A DNA stretch of 64,000 nt from Phaeosaccion multiseriatum. Taxonomy: Eukaryota; Protista; Ochrophyta, other classes. Under the pieces are notes generated by a model. That model saw only the letters and a list, made by a program, of their open reading frames with translations, was not told the DNA's origin and did no database searches. Below, in pieces: positions 1 through 27,759 of the stretch (position 1 is its first letter; every line of letters begins with the position of its first letter). The stretch covers positions 5,704,001 to 5,768,000 of the forward strand of contig OZ218951.1 of NCBI GenBank assembly GCA_965112735.1. The letters are read 5' to 3'. The position numbers were made by a program, and so were the translations under genes.

Positions 1-1537
1 GTTGACGATGCCCGCGTCGCGGATGCAGGACGAGAACTCCAGAGTGCCCTACACATGACAATGTTTTGTTTCCAAGGCGAAGGGAAGGAGCAGCTCAGGG
101 GGAGGTGTGTTGTGCGCTTATATATTTCACACCATTCGGCGGGATGGATCCTCATGAAGAAGCAGCAACGGTGCCGAAATGTAACGAATGAAACGAACCG
201 TAAGTAAGGAGAAGACCGGAAGCAAGGACTTAACATACTTACCCATCAAGTCCATCATTTCATTTCTTTCCCCCGCCATCTTACCTCCGCCTCTCCGACG
301 GCCACCATACAGGGTGTGGTAACGTCGAGTCCCTCCACCACAGCCTGGTCAACGGTCTTGCGCACCACGCTGTTGAGATCCATATAGCGGATGTCAGCAC
401 AGGGCAGGGCCTGCCTCAGCTGCGCAATGACGGCCTGCGTAGTACTGTCAATGCCCGCGGAGAGCTGCGTTGCAACCGCCAGCCCGGCCTCCAAGCTGCC
501 GAAGGTGCTCAGGATAAGCGCCTCTAGGGCAGGGAGCTGACCAACTCGGGTTGTGAACTCTTCGGGCTCGATGGAAGAGCCCCACACGTACACAGTCTCG
601 GGCTGTGTGGCCATCAGCGTCTGCAGGTTGGCGCCCAGCTCGCTCGCATAGAGCGTCAGGAAGTCGGTGGGGGACGTGCCGTCTGCTGCGTCGAAGAAGT
701 TGGCCACGTCGTTCTTGCCCGTGATAATGGACACCTCGTCGGACAGGGGAGTTGGCCCCGTAGCGATGTAGGCTGCGACCTATGAGAGGGGCGAGGAGAG
801 AGCGGAGGGGTAGGGGAGTAGAGGTAGCGTGGAGGGAGGGGGGAGAAGAGTGGTGTAACGGTGAGCTCGGCCCAAAGCCCTGGGCGCGTTGACGTGGCGG
901 GTAGGGGCACTCTCTCTCTCTCAATCTCGCCCGATATGAGCAGACCCCCACTCAAAGTGGAGCAGCAGCGACGGAGGAAGGCGGGCACCACTACAGAGTC
1001 TATTCAGTCACCGCGTGAGAAAGGCCACCGCCCCACAACAAGCACCGCCATGTTCGTACCTGCTCCGCCAGCGATCCGGGGAAGAAACCGGGAGAGTAGG
1101 CCGCCGTGGTGGTACCGCCCGCAACGGCAAAGCTCACCACCTCCTCGTCCACCCCGTCTTGCTCGACAATGTGCTCCCACCACATCAGCCCATTGCTGAG
1201 CGCGCCATCGCAGTAGGGCGGCATCGAGGGGAAAACACCTCCGGTAACAGCAAAGATATTGCCCTTGTCCGTATAGCTGTCTGCTCCCGCGCCACGAGCC
1301 AGCGTCGCGGAGGGGGTGGGGGGGGGAGGGGGCAGAGAACATGAAGAGGAAAGAGGAGGAGTGTGTATCATTCATCATCTCATCTCAAAGAAGAGGTTCC
1401 CGACGGGGAAGAGTCAGGAGTGTTAAATTTTTTGCAGCCCCTCCCCGCTACTACTCACCTCCGAGCAGGATCTGCCTCCCGGCCACCACCGACGCCATAC
1501 CCACCAAAGCCAACACACGAGGGCCCATCTGCGGCAT
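1..1537 (-). CDS. Secreted GDSL/SGNH lipase-acylhydrolase, copy A (3' end runs off the window)
   Basis: Exons 1537-1459, 1280-1060, 779-285 and 48-<1, all with GT-AG introns. Splicing gives signal peptide MPQMGPRVLALVGMASVVAG, block I LLGDSYTDKGN, SNGLMWWEHI, SFAVAGGTT and block III TGKND. Confidence 0.85.
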
Positions 1538-3433
1538 TTTTTTTCCCCCTCTCTCCGGCTTCCTTGTGATACGATCGTATGGAGAGAGATTGAAGATTGA
1601 AGAGGGGCAGAAAGAGGGTACACTGTAGGGATGTAGGGAGAGGCTATCCGGAAGTGAGTGGGAAGTTGGGAAAGTGATCGGGCAGGCTGCTCGGTGCGAA
1701 TATTTCGAAGATGGCACTGCACGCGCGAAAAATGCGAAAAAATACAACAGACACTCAGGGGGGACTTCGGCGCCCTTCAGAACTTTCCCAACTCTCTCCT
1801 TTTTCCTGAACTTCCCACACTCACTTCCGGATAGACGTCTGAACCTCTCCCTCTTTCTGCCCCTCTTCAAGCTCTTCTCCATACGATCGTATCACAAGGA
1901 GGCGGGAGAGAGGGGGAAAAAAATGCCGCAGATGGGCCCTCGTGTGTTGGCTTTGCTCGGTATGGCGTCGGTGGTGGCCGGGAGGCAGATCCTGTTCGGA
2001 GGTGAGTAGTATTAGACGAGGGGCTGCAGAAAAGTGTAATCAATCAATCAATTGGTTGGGACCTCTTCTTTATTCTCCTCCTCCTCCTCCTCCTCCTCCT
2101 CCTCCTCCTCCTCCTCCTCTTCATGTTCTCTGCCTCCCCCCCCCCCCTCCGCGACGGTGCCTCGTGGTGCGGGAGCAGACAGCTATACGGACAAGGGCAA
2201 TATCTTTGCTGTTACCGGAGGTGCTTTCCCCGCGATGCCGCCCTACTGCGATGGCGCGCTCAGCAATGGGCTGATGTGGTGGGAGCACATTGTCGAGCAA
2301 GACGGGGTGGACGAGGAGGTGGTGAGCTTTGCCGTTGCGGCCGGTACCACCACGGCGGCCTTGTCTCCCACTTTCTTCCCCGCATCGCTGGCGGATCAGG
2401 TACGAACATGGCGGTGCTTGTTGTGGGGCGGTGGCCTCTCTCACGCGGTGACTGAATAGACTCTGTGGTGGTGCCCGCCTTCCTCCGTCGCTGGTGGTCC
2501 ACGTTGAGTGGGGGCCTGCTCATATCGGGCGAGATTGAGAGAGAGAGAGAGTGCCCCTACCCGCCACGTCAACGCGCCCAGGGCTTTGGGCCGAACTCAC
2601 CGTTACACCACTCTTCTCCCCCCTCCCTCCACGCTACCTACTCCCCTACCCCTTCGCTCTCTCCTCGCCCCTCTCATAGGTCGCAGCCTACATCGCTACG
2701 GGGCCACCTCCCCTGTCCGACGAGGTGTCCATTATCACGGGCAAGAACGACGGGGCCAACTTCTTCGCCGCAGCAGACGGCACGTCCGTCACCGACTTCC
2801 TGACGCTCTATGCGAGCGAGCTGGGCGCCAACCTGCAGACGCTGATGGCCACACAGCCCAACACCGTGTACGTGTGGGGCTCTTCCATCGAGCCCGAAGA
2901 GTTCACAACCCGAGTTGGTCAGCTCCCTGCCCTAGAGGCGCTTATCCTGAGCACCTTCGGCAGCTTGGAGGCCGGGCTGGCGGCCTCAACGCAGCTCTCC
3001 GCGGGCATTGACAGTACTACGCAGGCCGTCATTGCGCAGCTGAGGCAGGCCCTGCCCTGTGCTGACATCCGCTATATGGATCTCAACAGCGTAATCCGCA
3101 AGACCGTTGACCAGGCTGTGGTGGAGGGACTCGACGTTACCACACCCTGTATGGTGGCCGTCGGAGAGGCGGAGGTAAGATGGCGGGGGAAAGAAATGAA
3201 ATGATGGACTTGATGGGGTAAGTATGTTAAGTCCTTACGGTTCGTTTCATTTCGGCACCGTTGCTGCTTCTTCTTCATGAGGATCCATCCCGCCGAATGG
3301 TGTGAAAAATGTAAGCGCACAACACACTTCCCCCTGAGCTGCTTTTCCCCTTCGCCTTGGAAACCAAAACATTGTCAATGTGTAGGGCACTCTGGATTTC
3401 ACGACCTGCCTCCGCGACGCGGGCATCGTCAAC
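1..3433. repeat. Large inverted duplication, arms ~1-1675 and ~1781-3433+, spacer ~105 bp
   Basis: Exons, introns and 5' flanks are reverse complements of each other, with scattered substitutions and indels. Confidence 0.95.
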
Positions 3434-4197
3434 ACTGGTTTGAGTTGCGAGGACGTCTCGGGTACCACAGTGGGGGGCTGCGTAAAGGTGTGCGACGACC
3501 CGGACTCCTACCTCTTCTTCGACGGCACCCCGCACTTCAGCGATAAGGGGCATGAGATCGCAGCCGCCTTTATGCTGGAGGCATATGTAGACTCGGAGTC
3601 CCCCGTGGATGCCTCCCTCTGCGGGACCACCACAGACAGTGCGCCTGTGCCCGGGGAGGACCCCTGCACCCTCGCATGCGCCTCAGCCAACCCCAACGAG
3701 CCCTGTATGACGGACTCGTCCTGCGCGAATGGAGGCCTCGGTTGCAACGCCTTGGGTAAGCGAGTGGTGTGGCGTGGCGTGGGTAGTGAGGGAGTGAGTG
3801 CGCTTTCTTTGCTTGCTAGAGCGCTTGGCTTGGCTTGACTTGACTGTCTGTATGCTGCTAAACTGGTCGAACCCCGCCCCTCCCTGGCTCGCCCCTTACG
3901 CTGCCCCGTTGTGTGCCTCTTGGCTGCTGGCTGCCTACAGGACAAGAGTCTTGCCGCTTCTGCGAGTTCGCTCGCTTTGAGAACATCAGCTGCAGCAGCG
4001 GAGACTTCGGGGCGGAGGATAGCGAGGAGAGCGAGGAGAGCGAGGAGGCTGACTGCGAGTGCCCTGGCTTCCTCCCCAGCGGAGAAGCACTCACGTGCGT
4101 ACGCGACCCGTCCTGCGCGCGTGGCGGGCTGGGCTGTAACGCCGGTGGTGAGCTTCTGTGCCGCTTCTGCGGGTCTGGACGCTTCGATGACTGCTGA
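1923..4197 (+). CDS. Secreted GDSL/SGNH lipase-acylhydrolase, copy B, with two C-terminal Cys-rich GGLGCNA..CRFC repeats
   Basis: Exons 1923-2001, 2179-2399, 2680-3174, 3386-3755 and 3941-4197. Motifs: LFGDSYTDKGN (assembled across intron 1), GKND, and YLFFDGTPHFSDKGHEIAA (block V Asp/His). The first three exon lengths (79/221/495) equal those of copy A. Confidence 0.88.
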
Positions 4198-4653
4198 GCG
4201 GAGATGATGAGTTACTTTGATTGGATTTGATTTGGTGTGTGGGAAGATAGAGGTACGGGAGATAATTGAGTTGGAGCCGGAGGAGCCCCCTTTTTCCTTG
4301 CGAGAAGGGCGCAGTGGCAGAGTATATATATATTATATATATACATTTTAGGCCCACATTATTATGATGATGATTATTATTATTATTAATTGATTGTTTT
4401 GTCGATAGAACTCGACACGGCGAGGGAAGTCCCTCCTTCTCCCACCCTCACCGACAAATGTCTTTTAATTCTTAATTCTCAAAATGGAGGCGGTCACACC
4501 CAAAAGGAGAACAAAAAGGAAATCAGGCGCAGATGGCACCAGAAAGTGATGTTCCTGCGCCGGGCTTTCACACCCCCTGCAAAAATAATAAAAACAAGGA
4601 CAATGAGGTGAAGAAAAGAAAGAGAAGAAGGGTACGCCCAGGAAAGGAGGAGA

Positions 4654-5878
4654 ATGAAGAAGGTGGGGAAGCATGGGAGGCACAAGATCTTCAAGAATAG
4701 GGCTTCCCCCCCCCAGAGGTAATGTCTGTGCATGTTTCCTCTTGGGAACAAAGCAGCCAACGAGACGGTTTTTTCCCCCACTATCGACTCGAGTCGTCCC
4801 CACCACACTCCACGAGTGCTATACCGTCCTACGCCCTCTACCTATGCTTCACCCTCCTCCTCCTCCCTGCTGCTGCACCCGTACTCTATACCCATCTCTC
4901 AGAAGGTTCGGCTCGCAGCACCGCCGCCTTTGTTCAGTGCAGGGGTGTCCAAAACAGAGGAAAAACGGCGGTGTCTGTAAGCAACATGGAGCCAAAGATC
5001 CCATCTGCACAGCGGAGGGCTGTGAAAATCAACGGAAGCAAGGAGGCATGTGCAATAAGCATTATTGGCGGGAAGAAGGAAGAGGAGGAAGAGCAGAAAG
5101 GCGCAGGCACGAGCAGCAAGCCCTTGGTTCCAGGAAGAGACGACGGCAGGAGAATGTGGGGGCGGTGGAGGGGGAGGACCAGGACCAAGAGCTGGAGCTG
5201 GAGCTGGAGAAGGAGTTAGCCCTTCCTGCTGGCAGGAGGCGCAGGGGGAAGAAGGTGGTGGAGGCTGAGGAGGAGGAGGAGGAGGAGGAGGAGGAGGATG
5301 ATGATGATGATGATGATGATGGTGGTGATGATGATGATGATGATGATGATGAGGAGGAGGAGAACGAGGAGGAGGACGAAGAGGATGAGAACGAGGAGGA
5401 CGTGCAGCAGGAGGAGAATGAGGATGAGGAGAATGAGAAAGAGGAGGTGGCGGGGCAGGGCGAAGACGCTTTGCTGCCGCCAGAGGGAGTCCGACCAAGG
5501 AGGGGACTGGTGACGGCGCTGGGCCTCCGGGTGGGCGACGAGATTCAGCTGCCGGCATGGGCCTGGAGGCTCATCGGTGGATGCTGCAGCATCGGCTGGG
5601 GTGGCACGGGTATCCGCAATCTCGTCAAGGGCGTTGTGGCCGCTGTGAGCGAGAGGAAAGTGACGCTCGTACCGTTCAGTGCCATCCCAGCCAGGAGGGG
5701 CGTGTCGGAGGCGGAAACCTTGAGGGCCTTCGTGGGGCCGGGCATGCTGCTGTGTGACGATGGGGACGTCTGGGAGGAGTGGTGGCAGCAGTTGGAGGGC
5801 AAGCTTGTGATGGCGAGTGAGAAGACGAAGTGCGGACGCAAGGTGCTTCGCGCACTGGTGCGCGGAGGGGAGCTCTAG
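4654..5878 (+). CDS. Protein with two Cx4Cx9Cx2H repeats (EsV-1-7/WRKY19-like zinc-binding repeats) and a long acidic tract
   Basis: Repeats CSVQGCPKQRKNGGVCKQHG and CTAEGCENQRKQGGMCNKH. Proposed exons 4654-4718 and 4903-5878 join in frame. The start is uncertain. Confidence 0.6.
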
Positions 5879-6239
5879 CCTTGGGATCCGTGCGAGCCTT
5901 GCTTGTATGTGAGAGGAGAGGCGAGGAATGGGCAGTGAGAAGCCAGGCATATGGGCAAGGAAACAGGAGGTAGACAAATAGCTGTGATGGAGCAGAGGCA
6001 AGTTCACGCATGAAAAGTAAATCTGAGGGGCCCGAGGTTGGGCTATTGGGATCGGTTTGCATTGGTGTTACCATCCAACACCTCTCCTCGAGAGTTGAGT
6101 CGCCCTTCGGCGCACTCCAAGAGAAAAGCGAGCCCCGCTCTTCGCCTTCAAGTCATCGCAGCTACAACTCAACGCTCGCGCAGCAGCGCCGAGGGCACAA
6201 GGGGCCCATTCAGTGTGCCCATCCCCCTCCCCTCCCGCC

Positions 6240-9200
6240 TCACACTAGGGCCTGCTGCGGAATCGGGCCGTGCGGCGCCTCCTCCTGCCGCTGCTGCCCT
6301 TGACCCATGCAATGCCCATGAGAATGGCCATGATCATGATCATGACCATGGCCATGGCCATGAACATTTCGGGTTTCCGCTTCCACATGGACGCCGCCCT
6401 CCCCCTCACCCTCGTAAGGGAGCATCTCCACTGTGCTCCATTTCACATGGTGCCTCTTGAGCTCCTTCTTGACCCTCCTTAGGACCTGCCGCTCCTGCCC
6501 CTCCCCCCCCCTCGTGAGAGTGACGCTGGCCACGAAGGGCGCTCCACTGCCGAGCTGCGTCACGATGAGCTCCTCCACAGAGCGCACGCCCGCCACGCTG
6601 CACCGTAAAAGGGGTAGGTGAGAAGACACATAAGGGGACACAGAAGAGGGCGCGTTAAGGGGGTTCGGCTGTGGCTGGCGGAGGGCTTTACTCCCTCGCC
6701 GACACGGGGAGAGAGAGAGATGGCCTTGGTGTGGGTGCGTGTCGTGTGGGTGCGTGCGAAGGTCGTGCGGCAGTCTACTGTCCTCCCCTCACGTCCAATG
6801 TCCTCCTCGCTCCGCCTCGAGAGAGAGTGGAAGTCTCCACCCTCCCCTGTACCACCAACTGCTCACCTCTGCAGCGAGCGCCTTAGCCGATCCAATTGGA
6901 AGCCCTCCGGCGCCCCCTGCAGCAAGATGTGCGAAGTGGCCCTCACCACAGGCACAGCAGCGGCGGCGATCACGATGCTGAGCAGCACGGACACGAGAGG
7001 GTCCAAGTAGTCGGTCCAGTCGCTGAGGGGGGGAGGAGGGGGGGGTGGCAGTGGACGGAGGAGGTGGGGAGGGGATGCTTGTGAGGTGACGTGAGGGTAA
7101 CGAGAACAAATCCATGATTCATTGACTTTGGTGGATGGTATCACGTGGTCGCAAGGCCATGGCTCAATGATCACTTGTCGCGTGAGGTGGGGCGGGCTTA
7201 GCGCAGGAAGAGCTTCTGCAAGGCAAGGCAAGGCAAGGCACGGCAGCCACCCACCCTCCTTGTATGAGCATAGCATAGCAGCAGCCCCCCCTCCACTCCC
7301 TCCCACTCACATTCTATGCGGGTCCCCGAAGAACATAAAGACTGTCCCCGCGATGGCCACTGCGGTGCTCATGGCCGCATCCGCCATGCAGTGCACAAAC
7401 ACGGCCCACAGGTTCATGCTGCCCCCGTGGGCTTGCCCCCCCCCCCCAGGGACCGCACCCCTACCCCTTGCAGCCTTGTCCACGCCGGGGTCTGCTGAAA
7501 CCCTCCCCTCCTTCCCTCCTGTGCTGTGTCCGTGTCCGTGTCCGTGTCCGTGGCCGTGGTTGTGCCCCCCGCCACAGCACCCCCCCCCTGCAGCCCCCGC
7601 CCTTGTCGGACGGCGCTTGGCGGGCGAGAGAGGAGCCGTTTCGTCCGTTTCATCATCATTATCATCATCAATCAGGCCCCTCTCGCCTTGCTCCTGCCCC
7701 GCCTCCGCCCTGCTGCCGCTGCCACTGCTATCGTCGCTGTCATGATGATGGTGATGGTGATCATGACCGTGATGATGTGAGTGTGAGTGAGCGTGCCCAT
7801 GTTCGTGCGAGTGCGAGTCATCATGGATGATGCCCTGACCCGCATGACCCTGACCCGCATGACCCTGATCCTTGTCCTCGTGGTGCTTGCCCGGCCGTCT
7901 GGTGAGACCCCAGGCAGGCTCGGGGGAAGGCGCAGAAACTACGCGTCGGCGACCGAAGGGAGAGAGGGAGAGGCTTGGCTCTTCGGAGGGGCCCGTTATG
8001 AGAGGAACGGGGGAGCGAGGGGTGGAGCACGCACTGCAACCACCGCCACCTTCGCCCTTCCCTTGCCCATATGCCTCCTCCTCGTCCGAAGGAGGGTCGT
8101 GCTGAAGACTCCCCGCAGCGAGCCCCAGGGACATGGAGGACAGTTGAGCAGCGCCTGAGGGGGTGGAGACAGAAGACAGATATGATGAGGTATTGCAACC
8201 AGAGGAGAGGAAGCAGAGGAAAAGGGGGATAGGTACGGGGGGGTTCGCTAAGTGATACTTACTACCTTCCGTATCAAACACCTTCCTGCCAGTTTGGGTT
8301 GGAGGAAAATCAGCGCGACAACACTGACCTTTGGTGAGGTCGGCACAGTCGCTGGAGTCACCGCCCTGGAACAGCACCAACTCGTCTCCGTCGTCGCTGT
8401 CATCTGTGAGGGGCGCGTACCTGTTTGGGGGAGGGAGGAGGGAGCAGCAGTTGAGGTACACAGGCAATGCGCCGCACAGCAGAGAGAGGGAGAGGGCGAT
8501 AAACACACGTCACATACACACAAGAGAAGCACAGCGGGGACACGGAGTGACGTGAGCAGCAGCAGTGAGGTAGGAGAGGAGAAAGAGAGCGATTGAGTAG
8601 CAAAGACTTAAGCCGCCTGCCCTCTGCCTGTGGGCTCCTGTGCCCAAGCTCTCACCTGTCGTTCCCGCCCCCTCCGCCGCCGCCCCCATGGCCATGGCAC
8701 TGGCCATGTCCGTGGTTGTGGCTGTGCGACATGACCAGCGCACCCTCCTCGTCCTCCTCATCCTCCCCCCCCCGCACCCCTCCTCCTCCTCCTCCTCCTC
8801 CTTCCTGTCCGCAAAAAAACACCATCCCCAGCAAGTTGACGGCGATGCCCGCTGTGGCCACCCCAACGAAGCCCCAACTGATGCGCCCCTCCTCCGGCTT
8901 GATGAGGCGTGGAAGGGCGCTGAGGCACATGTAGGCGGACAGTGCCACGAGCGCTACGGAGTTGGCGAAGCCCCCAAGCACGTCGGCTCGCTTGTAGCCG
9001 TAGGGGAGGGCTTGGGAGGTACCTGGGGAGGGTGGGAGGGAGAAGAAGGAGGGGAGGGTAGAGCAGATGTGGTGGGTGTTGGGTGTGCATCAGCGCGAAG
9101 GGAATGAGGCTGGCCCCAGGCCCCAGTAGAGAGGCAGCGGGGAAGGAGGAAGTAGCAACAGCAGCGGCAACAGCGACTCGACTGCTACCTACCTCTCTGC

Positions 9201-9616
9201 GCCAGCCTGTGAACGAAGATGGCCAACACGATGGCCGCCACGTCGGACAGGTTGTGGAAGGCGTCGCTCAGCAGCGCCAAGGAGTGGGAGGCCTCCGAGG
9301 CCACCCACTGCACGCAGCAGTACAGGGCGTTGGCTGCGGCGAGCATCCACAGGCGCCGCTCCACCTGCTTGTCCTTCTTCGCTCTCGCCTCTCGCTTGCG
9401 CCCCCCTGCTGAGGCCCCTTTCGCTGTACCCAAGGGCCGCCCCGGCGTCTCCGTGGGCGATAGTCCCGCCTCTTCCCTGTCCGTCACGCTGATATAACCA
9501 TGGCCAGGCCTGAAGCCCCCCATGGCCGCCTGCCCCCTTCGCACCCCCCACTCCTCCTTGCTGGCCCCTCTCTCGCCGCCCCGCTCGTTCATCTGAATCA
9601 CCGTATCTCCACCCAT
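6240..9616 (-). CDS. Cation diffusion facilitator (Zn-CDF, ZnT1/MTP-like) metal efflux transporter
   Basis: About 6 exons. SHSLALLSDAFHNLSD (CDF signature with TM2 HxxxD), LPYGYKRADVLGGFANS, MNLWAVFVHCMADA (TM5 HxxxD), YLDPLVS and ILLQGAP, plus a His-rich loop and tail. Confidence 0.92.
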
Positions 9617-10256
9617 GCTGATCTACGGCGCCTCAACCAAGCAAGACACTGCTCTTGTCTCTCGAGGGAAAAGGGGCCTAAAAACAACTGCTCTACTACG
9701 GAAAAGTGTTCTAAAGGAGGGACCTAGAGCAACTCTACTACAAATTACGTCCTACCCACCCCACCCCACCCCACCCTTAACTCCTCTCTCTCCTCTCCCT
9801 CCTCTCTCTTGGGGGCCCAAGAAGCGTAGGCTTTTTCCTAGGCAACAAGGCTTTCAGGTTTCGTACTTATGCTGCCTTCACTCCATAGCAAAGACACACA
9901 CACACACACTCACACACAGGACCTCCTCCTCCCTTAAAACCCACCCACCTCACCCCGCCTTCCACTTCTCCCTCTCTCTTCCGTCATTTGGGAGTTCCCC
10001 CTGTTAACCCGTACGCCTCCGACTGAAACCCTGACCCTGAACGTTACACTTTTCTGAGTTTTTGCCATACAAGAGTCAGGACAAACAAAAGGGAGAATGA
10101 GGTCTATGCGGGGCAGGCAACATCGAAACTCGAGGGCAGTCGCAAGAGAGAAACTCTGTCCCTCTTCCGAGATGTGAGAAAATCTGGAGCTTGCAAGGAA
10201 GCTTTTCTTGGGCAACTTGGCTCTTTGGTCGGAGAGCCAAAAGGGGCTTAGAGGAG

Positions 10257-24814
<14,558 letters not shown>

Positions 24815-25907
24815 GAGGAGGAGGAGGAGGAGGAGGAGGAGGAGGAGGAGGAGGAGGAGGAGGAGGAGGAGGAGGAGGAGGAGGAGGAGGAGGAGGAGGA
24901 GGAGGAGGAGGAGGAGGAGGAGGAGGAGGAGGAGGAGGAGGAGGAGGAGGAGGAGGAGGAGGAGGAGGAGGAGGAGGAGGAGGAGGAGGAGGAGGAGGAG
25001 GAGGAGGAGGAGGAGGAGGAGGAGGAGGAGGAGGAGGAGGAGGAGGAGGAGGATGAGGAGGAAGATGAGGACTGAGGACCCACGCCGCCTCAGCAAGCAA
25101 ATTAGACGTATATTTGGTGTCCGACAAAATGGGAAGGAGCGCGACACACAAGCGAAATAGAGTGAGCAGAAACCCCGAGGAAGGACGTGCGGAACGAAGA
25201 GATTCATTCCGTGTAAACATACCCTTCCTTCCTTCATTTTTTTTAATAAACTACTCTTAGACCCTCGAGCCGCGCCCGACGGAGCCATTGAGAAGGCGGG
25301 TGAACGGGGCAGGGCCGCTTTCTGGCCGGCCTCAGCGCAGCCATCCCAAAGAAGCAAGCGCCTGTTTACTACTTCGGAGTAGTACGGGTTGTGTTTTGTT
25401 CCTCTTGGTGCTCGTGACGCGTGGGTCTTTGTTGGCGCTGCTCTTTGTTCTCCCGTTGGCGCCTATTCACTGCTGCACTGCTGCGATGACACGGCGGATG
25501 CGCTGCAACGATCGCGTGTGGGAAGCGCCCACCTTTATTGATTGGCTACTTCCTGCTGTCTCCCTGACAAGTGCTGTTCTTGCTGTACCGCTTTCCTCCC
25601 CTCCGATACTCCCTACTCCTCATCCCAACCCTCTATTCATGCATCTCTTTCAGGCTGCCTCGCTCTCTTCCATCCCCCCCCCCCCCCGGCCGCTCTTCGT
25701 TCTCTGCTCCTCACAGATTGGCGGACAGTCACAAAGCGAAGAGGACAACACATAAAAGGGAGCCAATAATATGAAATACAGTGTACAGTACACATTGAAA
25801 AGGTGAGAGGGAAGCGACCTCTGACAAGTACCTTTGCACAAGTATCTTTACTCCCGTACGGGTGCAGAGCTTCCTTCGTCGAATCGATATCGTATCTAGA
25901 AACGTAG

Positions 25908-27183
25908 CTAGGGCTCAGTGACGATGTCGCGCCCCTCCTCCTCCCGGAAGATGCCGTCGCGCATCTGCCTCGCGTCCATCATAGAGTCAAAGTAACGTCT
26001 GTTCGCAGCCATGAGGTGATGAACACACGAATGTCTGCTCAAGTCTCGAGCCATCTTCAAAGACTCCGCTGCAGAAGCCCCTGCCCTAAGCAGTTCCTGC
26101 ATGGCCCCCTCGTGATTCTGATCTGCTGCCGCAAGCAGCGCGGTCCTTAATGGACTGCCTCCCTTCCTGTCCACCTCCGCCCCCGCAGCGAGGAGGGCAC
26201 GGATCATCATTACATGGCCCTTCTGGGCTGCTATATGAAGGGGAGCAAGCCCATCGGACAGCAAAATGTCCACCTCGGCGCCTGCCGACAGCAGTTCCTC
26301 CACAGCTTCAAAGTGTCCCTCTTGAGATGCGAAATAGAGAGGCGAGCCGCCTGCGCTGTTGAAGGGCATATCGGCGCTTGTGCCGGCAGCAAGAAGCGCT
26401 CTCACCACCAGGGAATTCCCGCGGAACGCCGCCATATGAATAGGGGTCCACCTTTCGCGGTCGCGGATGTCGATATCGGCTCCATGGACGACAAGCGCTC
26501 GGACGATGGCGAGGTGACCCCGATCACAAGCAGCATGGATAGCCGTCCTCCCCTTCCCCCTGCTCGCGAGGTTCACGGCCGCTCCTGCTGTAAGCAGTTG
26601 CTGAACGATATTCTCCCACCCTTCGAAGCAAGCAAGGGCGAGAGGGGTGATGCCCTCGGCTCCCGCGGATGCAGCCGTGCTCGGAGACGCTCCTTCTTGA
26701 AGTAGCATGCCGACAATGTCGGGTCGATTCAAGCCCGCCGCGAGGTACAGCGGTGTGCGTCCGTTTTCATCAATGGCCCTGTCCAGGCACGCCCTGTCCC
26801 CTCCTTGCTGGGCGACAAAGGCTCGCACAGCGGCTCTGACGTTGCCCAAATTCCACTCGCTTCTGATAGCATGATGGAGACCCGTGGCCTGGAGGGAGAG
26901 TAGAGGGAGAGGTTTGGAAGAAGGAGTATACGAAAAGGGCAAACGGCGTTGAGGGGGCAATGGGGGGCGCTTCTTCGCAGTGGCAGCAGGACAAGTGAGA
27001 AATGGGACGGCACATGGAACGAGGATTACATGCCTCGCTGCTTAGGACGGTGCTCTCCGTGACTGAAGATCGGGGCGAGCGACCCAGCGGTGCGCTCTTC
27101 ATGTTTGGAGATCGGGGCGATCGGCCCAGCGCTGCAGGCCAATGACCCAGTGTCGCCGCCCTGGTGCGCAGATACTTGTCCAT
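25908..27183 (-). CDS. Ankyrin repeat protein
   Basis: About 7 ankyrin repeats (GRTPLYLAA, GITPLALAC, GRTAIHAAC, RWTPIHMAA, GGSPLYFAS, GLAPLHIAA, LRTALLAAA) in the exon 26888-25908. The first exon (27183-~27034) is tentative and needs a GC donor. Confidence 0.85.
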
Positions 27184-27759
27184 CAGCGATGGGAGCAAGG
27201 AGAGGCACGGCACGGCACAGGAAGGACGGGCACACAGTCCCCCAGCCAACCCCCAGGAGAGAGACAAGGGCAACACTTGGAGTTGTGTGTGGCGTTGTGA
27301 CTTAACGCAGCTATTCGGCCCAACGGTTAGAATTTTCCCCTTCCCCTCTTCCCCCAAGAATAGCTGGGAAAGCAAGACGCTGGGCGGGATGGGATGATTA
27401 CGCTCCTCCCTTTCTTTGGGCTGGATCTCTTTGCCTGGTTTTGTGGGCTGCATGTTTGCCTGGCCTGCTGTCACTGTTGCCTGGCCTGCTGCTGGATGTC
27501 GTGCCTTGCTTGATGTATTGTCACTGACTTTGCTGCGGCTCTCCCGAGCGCCGGTCACACGCAGTGGCAGTGGAGCGAGGGACGTGTGGGAGCACGTGCA
27601 TGCTCAGCTCTGGACTTGCCGGAGGGCGGTGCGATTAAAGCATTGAACTGAAAGGCAAGTTTGTATAGTAAAGGTGGGTCTATATACTCATGTAATGCCC
27701 AAAGGCGGCGGTTGGGGCTCCTCTCGCGGAGCCACTTGCACTTGGTAAGCCATGCTACG

